A DNA stretch of 64,000 bases from an uncultured Chloroflexia bacterium (GTDB taxonomy: Bacteria; Chloroflexota; Limnocylindria; Limnocylindrales; CSP1-4): NCBI GenBank assembly GCA_963707215.1, contig CAVPPB010000003.1, positions 128,001 through 192,000 on the forward strand, written 5' to 3'. Each line of letters opens with the position of its first letter. Position 1 is the first letter of the stretch. Positions 49,235-58,145 of the stretch are shown here, in pieces. The notes under the pieces are model-generated. The model was not told where the DNA came from, searched no databases, and saw nothing but the letters and a program-made list of their open reading frames with translations. Made by a program: the position numbers and the translations under genes.

Positions 49235-50899
49235 TCAGGGATGGTAGAAGTCGATCACGATCCGGAGGTTGCCCCCGGAGCTCCAGATCCCCACGCCGGC
49301 GCGGTCGAAAGCGGGGTTCATCATGTTCCGCCAGTGGCCGCCGTTGTAGCCCTTCTCCGATTGGAAGAAGCGGACCAGGTTGATGGCAGCGCGCGACAGG
49401 TTGCTGTAGTACCGGCAACCGAGGTTCTCGGCCCAGCGGTAGCTCGTGTACCCCGCCGCGCGGAGTCGGTCGTCGGGGCCGCCGCCGTAGAAGTGGCTGC
49501 AGACGCCCGCGCTGACCAGCTTCTTGGCGTACGGCCGCGCGACCCGGTCGCTGATGCCGGTGTCGTACTTCAGCGGTCCGGCGGACCCGCCGCCGGGGCT
49601 GGAGCAGCTGCCATCGGTCTCGACCCAGCCACCGCCCCGGGTGCAGTTCATGAGGGCGATCACGTACTTCTCGGCAGCGACCAACGAGCCGGACGGGGGC
49701 TTCGGGACCGGGGCCGGATCCGACGGCGGGCGGGTCGTCGCCCGCGGCGTCGCCCGCGGCGTCGCCTTCGGCGCCGGCGTGGGTGGCGGAGGTGGCTCGG
49801 GCTCGACGCTGAAGGTGGCGCTCGCGCTCGCGCTGATCGGTGCTCCCGTCGCGGATCGGGCTCCGGTCCCCACCTGGAGGACGACCGTCGCCCCGTACGG
49901 GAACGGCTCGGCCGGGTCCACGACCAGGACGGTGTCGTCCTCGGCCCAGCGTGGCTTGCCCTCGAGCGGCTTCCCGTCGATGGTCACGGTGAAGGCCCGG
50001 CGCGTCGTAGCCCGATCCATCGGCGCGGTGAAGCGGACCGACACCTCGGCATCCCGCTCGACCTTCTCGGTCTTGTCCTTCGGCCGGAAGCGGATCACCG
50101 ACGGGGCGCTCTCGGTCTGGAGCGCCATCGACCCCGACGGATCCAGAGGGGCGCCTTCCATGTCGGTAGCCCCAGCGTCGAGCGAGAGCAGGTAGACCGA
50201 ATCGGGTGCCAGGGTCGTGTCGGGCCGGAAGACGAGCCGGGTCACCGGGACGCCGGGCGCCACCGCTTCGAATGATCCGGCGACCGGCGGAACGACGTGG
50301 AAGGAGGCCATCACCGATGGCACGTCGACGGGCCGCTCGAAGTCGAGCACGAACGCCGAGTCCACCCTTACCCGCTCGCCGGCGGTCAGCTCCGGCAGGA
50401 ACGCCATCGCTGTCCGATCGCGGGTCAGGAAGCTGGTCCGAACCGCCGTCGCCAACGGCGCACCGTCGGCGTCACGGGCGGTCGGCCGGACGCTGACCGT
50501 GTAGTAGGTCGCCGGCTGCCACGCGTCCACGGGTCGGACCACGAGCTGGCTGGCATCGTCGTTCCAGGCGAGGGACACCGGTGCCGGAGGCCGGACCTCG
50601 AGGGCCGCAGCGACGCTGGCCGGGTCCATCGGCCCCGTGAACTCGATGGTCAGCGGCGAGTCGATCGCCCGCCCGACCTGGATCGCCCGGAATGCGGTCG
50701 CCGGCGGCCCGCTCGTGTCGCTGGCCGGAGTGGCGGTCGTGGGGCCCGGTCGACCGGCCGTCACGACGACGACGCTGGTCACTCCCAGGACGACGAGCAG
50801 GAGCGAGAGACGCGGGACGCCGACCCGCCGGACGACGGTCCCGAAGTAGAGGCTCAGAAGGGTCGGAACGGCGAGGAAGGCAGACGCGATCTCCCGCAA
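49235..50899 (-). CDS. Membrane-anchored protein with three Ig-like (Big_5-type) domains and a C-terminal CAP/SCP domain
   Basis: Three repeats of F..PMD..S(V)..A; Pro-rich linker; SH...RL.AAGY...AENLG...GH..NMMNP.F...GVG. Confidence 0.85.
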   Translation of the reverse strand: MREIASAFLAVPTLLSLYFGTVVRRVGVPRLSLLLVVLGVTSVVVVTAGRPGPTTATPASDTSGPPATAFRAIQVGRAIDSPLTIEFTGPMDPASVAAALEVRPPAPVSLAWNDDASQLVVRPVDAWQPATYYTVSVRPTARDADGAPLATAVRTSFLTRDRTAMAFLPELTAGERVRVDSAFVLDFERPVDVPSVMASFHVVPPVAGSFEAVAPGVPVTRLVFRPDTTLAPDSVYLLSLDAGATDMEGAPLDPSGSMALQTESAPSVIRFRPKDKTEKVERDAEVSVRFTAPMDRATTRRAFTVTIDGKPLEGKPRWAEDDTVLVVDPAEPFPYGATVVLQVGTGARSATGAPISASASATFSVEPEPPPPPTPAPKATPRATPRATTRPPSDPAPVPKPPSGSLVAAEKYVIALMNCTRGGGWVETDGSCSSPGGGSAGPLKYDTGISDRVARPYAKKLVSAGVCSHFYGGGPDDRLRAAGYTSYRWAENLGCRYYSNLSRAAINLVRFFQSEKGYNGGHWRNMMNPAFDRAGVGIWSSGGNLRIVIDFYHP

Positions 50900-51008
50900 T
50901 CGACAGGCTCCTCGGTGTTCCTGGCTCGGACAGGGGCCGCCCTGGGGTGGCGACCGACCGGCGTCACCCTATCACCGACCTTGTCGGGGCGGCAAACGTC
51001 GTTCCCGG

Positions 51009-52235
51009 TCAGGCCGGGAGGGCGATCACGTCGCGAGGGAACCGGGTGAGCAGGTCGACGCGTCGGGCGCCGCTGTCGACGTGGACGAGGTCCTCGATCC
51101 GGACCCCCGTCCGACCGCCGAGGTAGACGCCCGGCTCGACCGAGAAGACCGTCGGGCTCGGGAGCGGGGTCTCCTGCGCCACCCGCGAGAGGCTCGGCGC
51201 CTCGTGCGTGGCCAGGCCGATCCCGTGGCCGGTCCCGTGGCCGAACCGCTGGCCGTGTCCTGCGGCCGCGATGATCTCGCGAGCGGCCGCGTCGACCGCT
51301 CGGCCCGAGGGCAGCACCCCCTCGCCGACCGACCGCTCCAGCAACCCGATGGCGGCGGCCTGGGCCCGGGCGACCAGGTCGTAGAGCCCGAGATCGCGCA
51401 CCGCGGGCTCGCCGAGGAAGAGGGTCCGAGTCATATCGCTGCGGTAGCCGGCCACCTGCGCGCCGAAGTCGAAGAGCATGACCCGACCGGACCGGAGCCG
51501 CCGAGGGCCCGGCGAGCCGTGCGGAAGGGCGGCCTGTGACCCCGCCAGCGCGGCGACGTCGAAGGCCAGGGCCTCGGCCCCCTGCTCGCGCATGAGGATC
51601 TCGAGACGCCAGGCCAGCTCGCGCTCGGTGGTTCCGACGCGGACGTGCGGCAGCAGCGCCGCCAGGGCTCGATCCGCAACGGACGCGGCAGCCGCGATCC
51701 GCTCCACCTCGGGCGCTTCCTTGACGGCCCTGGCGTCGTCCACCCAGCGGCCGGCCGGGACGAGCTCCACGTCCGGTGCGGCCGCCGCCAGCGCCTCGTA
51801 CAGCCCATGGCTGATGTCGCCGACGGGCACGGCGACCCGCCTGGCCCCGATGGTGCCGACGAGCTCCGGCCAGCTGGCCGGCAGGTCGTACGTCACGGCC
51901 TCCACGCGCGAGCCGGGCGATTCGCGACGGCACTGCAGGGTGTACCTCGTGTCGGCCAGGACGACCACCTCGTCCATCGAGACGAGGAACCGACCCGAGT
52001 GACCCGCGACCTTCTCCTCCCCGTCGCCCAGGACGACGCCGGTGAGGTAGCGGATCTCCTCGCGACGGAGCCCGAAGTAGGCGTCGACCCCGGCCTCGGC
52101 CAACTGCTCGCGCAGGCCGGCCAGCCGCCGTGGACGTGCCTCGCGGTCGGCCTCGGCCCACTGCCGGATCCGGCGAGCCGTCGGCGGGGCTGCGAAGTCG
52201 GCCGGGACGGGCAACCGCCGAGGAGCGCGGCCCAT
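51009..52235 (-). CDS. pepQ: Xaa-Pro aminopeptidase (M24)
   Basis: ALPHG, DFGA...YRSDMTRT, HGTGHGIGL..HEAP, VEPGVY, VRIED. Confidence 0.93.
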   Translation of the reverse strand: MGRAPRRLPVPADFAAPPTARRIRQWAEADREARPRRLAGLREQLAEAGVDAYFGLRREEIRYLTGVVLGDGEEKVAGHSGRFLVSMDEVVVLADTRYTLQCRRESPGSRVEAVTYDLPASWPELVGTIGARRVAVPVGDISHGLYEALAAAAPDVELVPAGRWVDDARAVKEAPEVERIAAAASVADRALAALLPHVRVGTTERELAWRLEILMREQGAEALAFDVAALAGSQAALPHGSPGPRRLRSGRVMLFDFGAQVAGYRSDMTRTLFLGEPAVRDLGLYDLVARAQAAAIGLLERSVGEGVLPSGRAVDAAAREIIAAAGHGQRFGHGTGHGIGLATHEAPSLSRVAQETPLPSPTVFSVEPGVYLGGRTGVRIEDLVHVDSGARRVDLLTRFPRDVIALPA

Positions 52236-52391
52236 CAGAGGTAGCCGTACAGTTGCACGGTAAGCAACACTACCGCGACGGCTCGTGATGAAGGGTTGCC
52301 TCGATCGTGCGCACGGCGCGATGGTAGCGCGGGGGACGGCCCCCGGTCGCCCGCCGCTCCGCTGGCCTGCCGGAGCCGGGCAGGATGGGGG

Positions 52392-52991
52392 TCAGTCGCT
52401 CGAGCAGTGGATCCTTCGCTGCCACGCGCGCTCCCGTCGCTCGTGCTCAGCGTGTTCTGCGGCCGGGGTGTAGACGCGCACCTCGACGGTCGGGCCGACG
52501 AGGACGGAGAGCGCCGTCCGTGTCCGCCGCGACTCGCTGATCCACAGGACCACGCCGACCGTCGGACGCGGGTCGGATCGCCGGACGCGCTCGGCATCGG
52601 ACTCGATCAGGTATCCGGCTTGTTTCACTCCGTCCGCGCTCGTGACGACGATGCCGTCGGGGTCCTCGACCAGGACGATCCGCCGCCCGAGCGCGAACGC
52701 GTCGGCCTGCGCGTCGGGGAGGAGGTCGGTCACCCGTAGCAACTTGGCCCCGGCGGCGAGGAACTCGTCGGGGTAGCCACGGTCGCCCCACGTGAGCATC
52801 TTCCCGTCCGTAGGGTCTGAGAGCGTCACGCCAGAGGTTCGCTCTCGCCCTTCGCTGTAGTTCCAGAAGAGGTGCGCCGGCATGGTCACCGACCCGACGG
52901 TCACCTCGGCGAGCTGATCGTCTCGTCCGGTCGCGCCCTGCTCGAACGGGACCGTGGTGCTACCTCCGAAGAGGTTGCGAAGGAAGCCCAT
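52392..52991 (-). CDS. Hypothetical protein, possible HIRAN-like domain
   Basis: GGAGG RBS; MGFLRNLFGG start; L.EDP...I.V......AGYL pattern. Confidence 0.7.
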   Translation of the reverse strand: MGFLRNLFGGSTTVPFEQGATGRDDQLAEVTVGSVTMPAHLFWNYSEGRERTSGVTLSDPTDGKMLTWGDRGYPDEFLAAGAKLLRVTDLLPDAQADAFALGRRIVLVEDPDGIVVTSADGVKQAGYLIESDAERVRRSDPRPTVGVVLWISESRRTRTALSVLVGPTVEVRVYTPAAEHAEHERRERAWQRRIHCSSD

Positions 52992-53130
52992 CTTCCATGT
53001 CCTCCGGCTGGACCTCGGACCAGCGTACTGCGCCCGCCGGGGATGAGGACCGAAACGGCCCCCGTCGCCCGGCCGTGGGCTGGTCGCCTCCCCCTGGGCG
53101 AGAACGCGCCGACGGGCCGAGGAACGGATC

Positions 53131-53156
53131 TGCAACGCCCTCCCATCTCAGGCGTC
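53131..53156 (+). promoter_or_regulatory. Candidate ECF-sigma promoter TGCAAC-N16-CGTC
   Basis: 8 nt upstream of ATG 53165; same motif at 54439. Confidence 0.6.
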
Positions 53157-53164
53157 ACCTATGC

Positions 53165-53560
53165 ATGGTCGAGAGTCTCCGCGCTCAGCTCCGACGGCAC
53201 ATCTACGTCACTGCCGCGCTCATCGGGCCGCCCGCGATCTTCATCGGGTTCCTGGCCGCCATCCTCGGCTGGGCGTTGTTCCCCGACGTGGGCTGGGTCC
53301 GCCTCGACGAGGATGGAGACGAGATCCCCCTACTCCACATCGCGATCTTCTCGGTCGTCTGGATCTTCGCCCTTTACCTGCTGAGCGCCGCGGTTCTCGG
53401 GAAGCGCATCAGCCTGATGGTCAGCGAGGAGCACCGGGCCTACGCCCCGCCAGGGTCCTTCCCCCGACGGCCGCGGGGCAACGGCTACTGGATGGTCGCG
53501 GCCGGCTCGGGCATCGCCGTGTTCTTCATCGTGGCTGCGGCCATGGGATGGCTCACCTAG
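53165..53560 (+). CDS. Hypothetical membrane protein (3 TM)
   Basis: Three hydrophobic helices; stop codon 5 nt before a repeat copy. Confidence 0.75.
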   Translation: MVESLRAQLRRHIYVTAALIGPPAIFIGFLAAILGWALFPDVGWVRLDEDGDEIPLLHIAIFSVVWIFALYLLSAAVLGKRISLMVSEEHRAYAPPGSFPRRPRGNGYWMVAAGSGIAVFFIVAAAMGWLT

Positions 53561-53706
53561 CAGGCCGGCCCCCGTCGCCCGGCCGTGGGCTGGTCGCCTT
53601 CCCCCTGAGCGGCGAGATCGCGCCGGCCGGCCCGGAGCGGGCGATCTCCGCCGGCTCCGCGGACTACGCCGACTGGCTCGCCTGTCCGGAGTGCGTCACC
53701 TACCGC

Positions 53707-54240
53707 TCAACACTTGGTTTCCTGGTTGGCATGCAGCCGCAGCCGCGCCCGTCTGCTCGCCGCGTACGCGGTCAGGGCGACGAACGCAAGGAGGCACGCG
53801 ACCGCGTACATCAACCCCTGCGCCGCGGGCGTCTCCGGCGCGACCGCCGTGTCCGGGAGTGCGGACACCGTGACGTCCACGGCGCCGGCGCAATCGGCTC
53901 CCGGGACGCTCGCCGTCACCGTCCAAGCGCCCTCCTGGTTCCCCCAAAAAGCATGCACGAAGAGGAAGTCTCCCGCCGCGTCCGCGATCCCCGGCGAGAA
54001 GTCGCCGAACGGGACTCCGTTCCACGTGAAGGTCAGGTCGATCTGCGCGCCGGGCACGAACGAGCCCCAGAACGTGATCTCTTCTAGCTCCACAGTAATG
54101 CTCGTGCTGCCCTCGTCGCCGGGGGCCGGGTCGATCGCAGCGCGGAGCACGCAGTCGCCCGGTGCCGCGGCGACGGGCGGCGCGGCCGCGAGCGTGACCG
54201 CAAGGAGTACAGCGGCAAACGAAACCGAGATGCACCGCAC
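53707..54240 (-). CDS. Secreted protein with C-terminal LPDTA sorting-signal-like motif
   Basis: Signal peptide, Ig-like beta-rich core, LPDTA + TM + RRARLR tail. Confidence 0.75.
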   Translation of the reverse strand: MRCISVSFAAVLLAVTLAAAPPVAAAPGDCVLRAAIDPAPGDEGSTSITVELEEITFWGSFVPGAQIDLTFTWNGVPFGDFSPGIADAAGDFLFVHAFWGNQEGAWTVTASVPGADCAGAVDVTVSALPDTAVAPETPAAQGLMYAVACLLAFVALTAYAASRRARLRLHANQETKC

Positions 54241-54438
54241 AGCAGGACCCTCCCGGGACGCCGCATGCGGGTCGGGTCCGCCAGTGGCTCGACACGGTCC
54301 TAGGCAGCCAGGGTTGGGACCGGGTCTCATCGCCCCCCGCGATGGCGCGGACGATGCGGCCGGCTGCACCGGCAGTCAAGATGCGTCGGTCATCGAACGG
54401 CCCCCGTCGCCCGGCCGCGGGCTGGTCGCCTTTCCCGC

Positions 54439-54464
54439 TGCAACGCCTCGCTGCCTGTGACGTC
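54439..54464 (+). promoter_or_regulatory. Candidate ECF-sigma promoter TGCAAC-N16-CGTC
   Basis: Between repeat 54398-54430 and ATG 54476. Confidence 0.6.
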
Positions 54465-54475
54465 AACCTCTTGAG

Positions 54476-54910
54476 ATGAGATCGCAGGGGATCGGCCCGC
54501 TCACGGACAGCGGTGACGGCGACCGCTGGACGACGGCGGTCGGCGCGGCGCGGGCCTTCGTCATCGGTTCGGTCGGGACGGCGGTCGCCGTAGCCGGCTG
54601 GGTGGCGCTCGTCCAGCTTCCAGCCCTCATCGAGAGCCTCGGCGCGCTGGTGTTCTTCGGCCTGCCGCCCCTGCTGGCCGCCATGGTCGGGGCAGCCACC
54701 GCCCGGTGGGGCGACCGGACGATGGAGGCCGCGATCGCCGGTGCCCTCGGCGGCTGGCTCACCTGTGCCGCCCTTCCGCATGCGCTGACCCTCGTCGGTG
54801 GCCGGGTCGATCCGGTCTTCTACCCCTACTGGCTCATGGCCGCCGGCACGGCCGGGCTCCTCGCCTACGGCGTCGGGTTCGCCGCCGGGTGGTGGTTCTC
54901 GGAGCGCTAG
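54476..54910 (+). CDS. Hypothetical membrane protein (4 TM)
   Basis: Hydrophobic helices; TAG stop 1 nt before a repeat copy. Confidence 0.75.
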   Translation: MRSQGIGPLTDSGDGDRWTTAVGAARAFVIGSVGTAVAVAGWVALVQLPALIESLGALVFFGLPPLLAAMVGAATARWGDRTMEAAIAGALGGWLTCAALPHALTLVGGRVDPVFYPYWLMAAGTAGLLAYGVGFAAGWWFSER

Positions 54911-54992
54911 ACGGCCCCCGTCGCCCGGCCGTGGGCTGGTCGCCCGTAACGCTTCGCCGCCCATGGCGCCCTGGTCACGGGAGGACCGGCCG

Positions 54993-55265
54993 GTGGAGAG
55001 CCGGAATCTCCTCGTGGCCCTCGGCATCTTGCTCGGGGTCGCGATCGGGGCGTTCGTGATGGCGAACCGGTCACGTTCTCGCAGCCCGGGCAGCAGGGGC
55101 CAGCCTGTTGGAGTCGGCTGCCTCTGGGCCCCGGTCCTCGGAGCTCTGTCGCTCGCCGGCGGCTGCAGCGTCCTGGTCGTCAGCGTTGCTCCCCTCGAGA
55201 TGACGTCACGCCGACGGAGATGCTGCGCTCCCGTCACCCGGAACCCCAGGTCGGGTCGTGGCTAG
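54993..55265 (+). CDS. Small hypothetical membrane protein (possibly truncated)
   Basis: GGAGG RBS, GTG start, two hydrophobic segments. Confidence 0.5.
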   Translation: MESRNLLVALGILLGVAIGAFVMANRSRSRSPGSRGQPVGVGCLWAPVLGALSLAGGCSVLVVSVAPLEMTSRRRRCCAPVTRNPRSGRG

Positions 55266-56113
55266 CGGGGTGCGACGACCGGCTCGAGCGACTCGAGCAT
55301 CGACTCGATCGAGGCGGCGACCTCGCGATCAGCTTCGTCGACGTAGGCGGTGATGAACAGGATGTCACCGGCGCCGAGCACCGGGTCCGGAACGCCGATG
55401 ACGGCGCACCAGGTCGCCTCGATCCGGCGGGGATCGCTTGGTCGATCGGCTGATCGCCCCGGCTGGCCCGGGGCGGGCTCGATGACCGCGACCCAGCGGG
55501 CGCGGACCGCCGGACCGAATGGCAGCTCGACGCGGTCGGCGACCGACGCTTCCAGGCCGGTCGCCCTGAAGCCGGGGTAGTCGGTCGCGACGGACCCTTC
55601 GGAGTCGAGGTCCTCCTCCACGAGGGCGAGGATCTCCTCGGCCGTCGCCGGCGCTCCCCAGGAACCGACGTTGACCCGGAGCATCGCGTCAACGCGGTCG
55701 TCGGTCGAGGGGAACCAGGCCAGGAACGCGGCCGGGAACGCGTCGCCGGACGTGGAGGCGATCCACAGCTCGTGCGCGGCCGGATGCGGCTGGAGACCGC
55801 CGAAGCCCGGATGCTCCTCGAGCATCCGCAGCATCGCCGCCTCGTATCCGGGACCGCTGCTGGCGCCATGCCAGCCATCGGGCAGGTCCATCCTGAACGG
55901 AAGGCCCGCGAATGGATCCGGTGTCGGCGGGCCGGCCCGGGTCGTCGTGGGGGCCGGCGTCGGTCTCGGCGTCGATCCAGCCGAGGACGTCGCCACCGAT
56001 CCGGACCCGGGTGTCGCTCCTGGCGCAAGCGTGGGGGTGGTCCCGCATCCGGCCACCAGGAGCGAGCCGAGAGCCAGCGGCGGTAGCGATCGCAGGACCC
56101 GCTTCACGACCAT
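55262..56113 (-). CDS. Hypothetical lipoprotein
   Basis: Lipobox LVAGC, Pro/Thr linker, FRMDLPDGW motif. Confidence 0.8.
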   Translation of the reverse strand: MVVKRVLRSLPPLALGSLLVAGCGTTPTLAPGATPGSGSVATSSAGSTPRPTPAPTTTRAGPPTPDPFAGLPFRMDLPDGWHGASSGPGYEAAMLRMLEEHPGFGGLQPHPAAHELWIASTSGDAFPAAFLAWFPSTDDRVDAMLRVNVGSWGAPATAEEILALVEEDLDSEGSVATDYPGFRATGLEASVADRVELPFGPAVRARWVAVIEPAPGQPGRSADRPSDPRRIEATWCAVIGVPDPVLGAGDILFITAYVDEADREVAASIESMLESLEPVVAPR

Positions 56114-56129
56114 ATCAGTGCCCCCGCGC

Positions 56130-56192
56130 TATGGCGGTCAGGGTGCCGGTCGTGGAACGGACGGGTCTAGAGGCCGAGGGCCTGAACGGACG
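56130..56192 (-). promoter_or_regulatory. 63-bp conserved promoter-like element
   Basis: CGTCCGTTCAGGCCCTCGGCCTCTAGACCCGTCCGTTCCACGACCGGCACCCTGACCGCCATA, nearly identical to 26756-26818. Confidence 0.75.
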
Positions 56193-56323
56193 CGGGGCCA
56201 CGGCAGCGGGCTGACCGCCTTCCCGTCCAGATCCCTGCTGCGACATGTACTACGACAGCCTCTGCGGGGCTACGATGGCCCCGACGCGCGGCGACCCCTC
56301 GGTAGGCACCTGGAGGGCGAACG

Positions 56324-57691
56324 ATGGCAGCGAACCGCTCCGCTCAGGAGCGCCCGGAGGCGCGCTGGCAACGGGCGAGGCTCATCCCGGCGGTCGGCAT
56401 CAAGGGCGATGTCGAGCAGGAGCTGCGTGCGACCTCGGCACTCCTGGCCGTGATGGTCGCGGTGCCGGACTTCGGACGTGAGATCGTGGCTCGCGTCGGA
56501 GCACCGGGAGGCCGGATCTCCACCTTCACCGAAGTTCGCTTCGATCGCGATGACGGCAAGACACTCCGTCCGGACGGGGCCATCCTCGTTGAGCGGGGCA
56601 GCACCCGGTGGACCTGCCTCGTCGAAGTCAAGACTGGGAAGAACGAGTTGCAGACGGCCCAGATCGAGGCGTATCTCGATCTGGCCCGGGCTCACGCCTT
56701 CGACGCCGTCCTGACGATCTCGAACAGCATCGCCTCCGACTCGACCGAGCTGCCCGTGGCGATCGACCAGCGCCGTGCCCGGGGCTTGAAGATCCGTCAC
56801 CTCTCGTGGTGGCGCATCCTCACCACCGCGATCGTCGAGAAGGAGCACCGCGGGATCGACGACCCCGACCAGGCGTGGATCCTGGGCGAGTTGATCCGCT
56901 ATCTCCAGGACGAACGATCGGGTGCGTCGGGCTTCGAGGAGATGGGGCCCAACTGGGTTGCCATTCGCGACGGAGCCATGCGCCAGACGCTCCGCCAGAG
57001 TGACCCGGCGGTGCGGGACATCGCCGACCGGTGGGAGCAGTTCATCGAGTACGTCAGCCTCGATCTCAGGCAGACGCTGGGACGACCAGTCGTGCCGCTC
57101 TGGGCTCGGAAGAGCACCCGCGCCACGCGACTTCAGGAAGCGACGCGGAGTCTCGTCCAGGACGGCACGCTCAGGGGCTCCATCAAGGTCCCGGACACGG
57201 CGGCCCCGCTGGACTTGGAGGCCAATCTGCGGACGCAGCGCCTGACCACGAGCGCCGAGATCGCGGCACCACGGGAGGGTCGGGCGCAGACGCGCATCAA
57301 CTGGATGCTCCGACAGGCGAAGGAGATGCCCGCCGATCTCCGTGTCGAGGTGCGTTACGTCAATGCGCGAGAGCACCCCGCGATGTTGCTCGGGAGCGCC
57401 ATCGACCGGCCTGAGCGGCTCCTGTATGGACCCGACCCGAAGCGGGAACCTCGGTCCTTCCAGCTGGCCCTGACGAAACCGCTCGGCCGGAAGGGCGGGA
57501 AGGGCTCCGGCTCGTTCCTTGGCGACTCGCGCGAGCAACTCTTGTTGTTCTATCGCGAGGTGCTGCAGCAGGTCCGCGCCTGGCAGCCACCTGCGCCGCG
57601 CCTGCCCGAAGCCGCCAAGGCTCCGGATTCCGCGGACTCGGGTCTTCCGAGCGGGGCACCGACCGACGTGGACCCGCTCGCAGGGGACTAA
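56324..57691 (+). CDS. PD-(D/E)XK nuclease-fold protein (family often labelled stress response protein)
   Basis: ARLIP..GI, RATSALLAV, RPDG...LVEVKTG.N.L...Q...Y, VLTISN; GGAGG RBS. Confidence 0.8.
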   Translation: MAANRSAQERPEARWQRARLIPAVGIKGDVEQELRATSALLAVMVAVPDFGREIVARVGAPGGRISTFTEVRFDRDDGKTLRPDGAILVERGSTRWTCLVEVKTGKNELQTAQIEAYLDLARAHAFDAVLTISNSIASDSTELPVAIDQRRARGLKIRHLSWWRILTTAIVEKEHRGIDDPDQAWILGELIRYLQDERSGASGFEEMGPNWVAIRDGAMRQTLRQSDPAVRDIADRWEQFIEYVSLDLRQTLGRPVVPLWARKSTRATRLQEATRSLVQDGTLRGSIKVPDTAAPLDLEANLRTQRLTTSAEIAAPREGRAQTRINWMLRQAKEMPADLRVEVRYVNAREHPAMLLGSAIDRPERLLYGPDPKREPRSFQLALTKPLGRKGGKGSGSFLGDSREQLLLFYREVLQQVRAWQPPAPRLPEAAKAPDSADSGLPSGAPTDVDPLAGD

Positions 57692-57888
57692 GTCTTCCGT
57701 CCCTCCGTCGCCCGGGCCTGGGCTCCGACTGGCCCGGGAAGCTGGCGCTCGGCGCATTGAGCCCAAACTGGCCCCCGTCGCCCCGGCCGTGGGCTGGTCG
57801 CCTCCCCCTGGACGAGATCGCTATCCGGCCACGGAGCCGGGGGCGAGCGACACCCTAGGTGGCGCGGCTCACCGCAGACTTACCAGCC

Positions 57889-58113
57889 ATGCGTCGCCGC
57901 GATCTCGAGCGCCTCCTTCTCGCCGGTCGAGCGGCCCACCTCCCCCGGCTCGTCGATGCTGGATACGCCCCAGGAGCCGCCGAGAAGGCGATGGTGGCGT
58001 GGGAGGCCAGGGCCGACGCCGAGGGCCGAGAGCGCGGCGAGGGGGCGTTCTGGGACGGCATCGAGGCGTGGGCAGCGGAGCAGCGGCCCTGGCGGCGGGA
58101 TGTCCCGCATTGA
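57889..58113 (+). CDS. Small hypothetical protein
   Basis: Follows a repeat copy; a degenerate paralogue at 27421-27660 supports coding status. Confidence 0.65.
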   Translation: MRRRDLERLLLAGRAAHLPRLVDAGYAPGAAEKAMVAWEARADAEGRERGEGAFWDGIEAWAAEQRPWRRDVPH

Positions 58114-58145
58114 CGGCCGCGCCCGACCGGTCCTAGCGTGCAACC

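Larger units (their letters stand above)
52337..57802 (+). repeat. Array of co-oriented 33-bp repeats CGGCCCCCGTCGCCCGGCCGTGGGCTGGTCGCC separating genes
   Basis: Near-perfect copies at 53056-53088, 53566-53598, 54398-54430, 54912-54944, 57769-57802; degenerate copies near 52337, 56197 and 57701. Confidence 0.92.

Noticed and set aside
56130-56225. c-di-GMP-I riboswitch on the plus strand
   Set aside because: Lacks the GGCAAAC and GACGCAAAGC cores; better explained as the minus-strand promoter element plus a degenerate repeat.
53056-57802. 33-bp repeats as a CRISPR array
   Set aside because: Intervals are hundreds to thousands of bp and contain whole genes; no cas genes are present.
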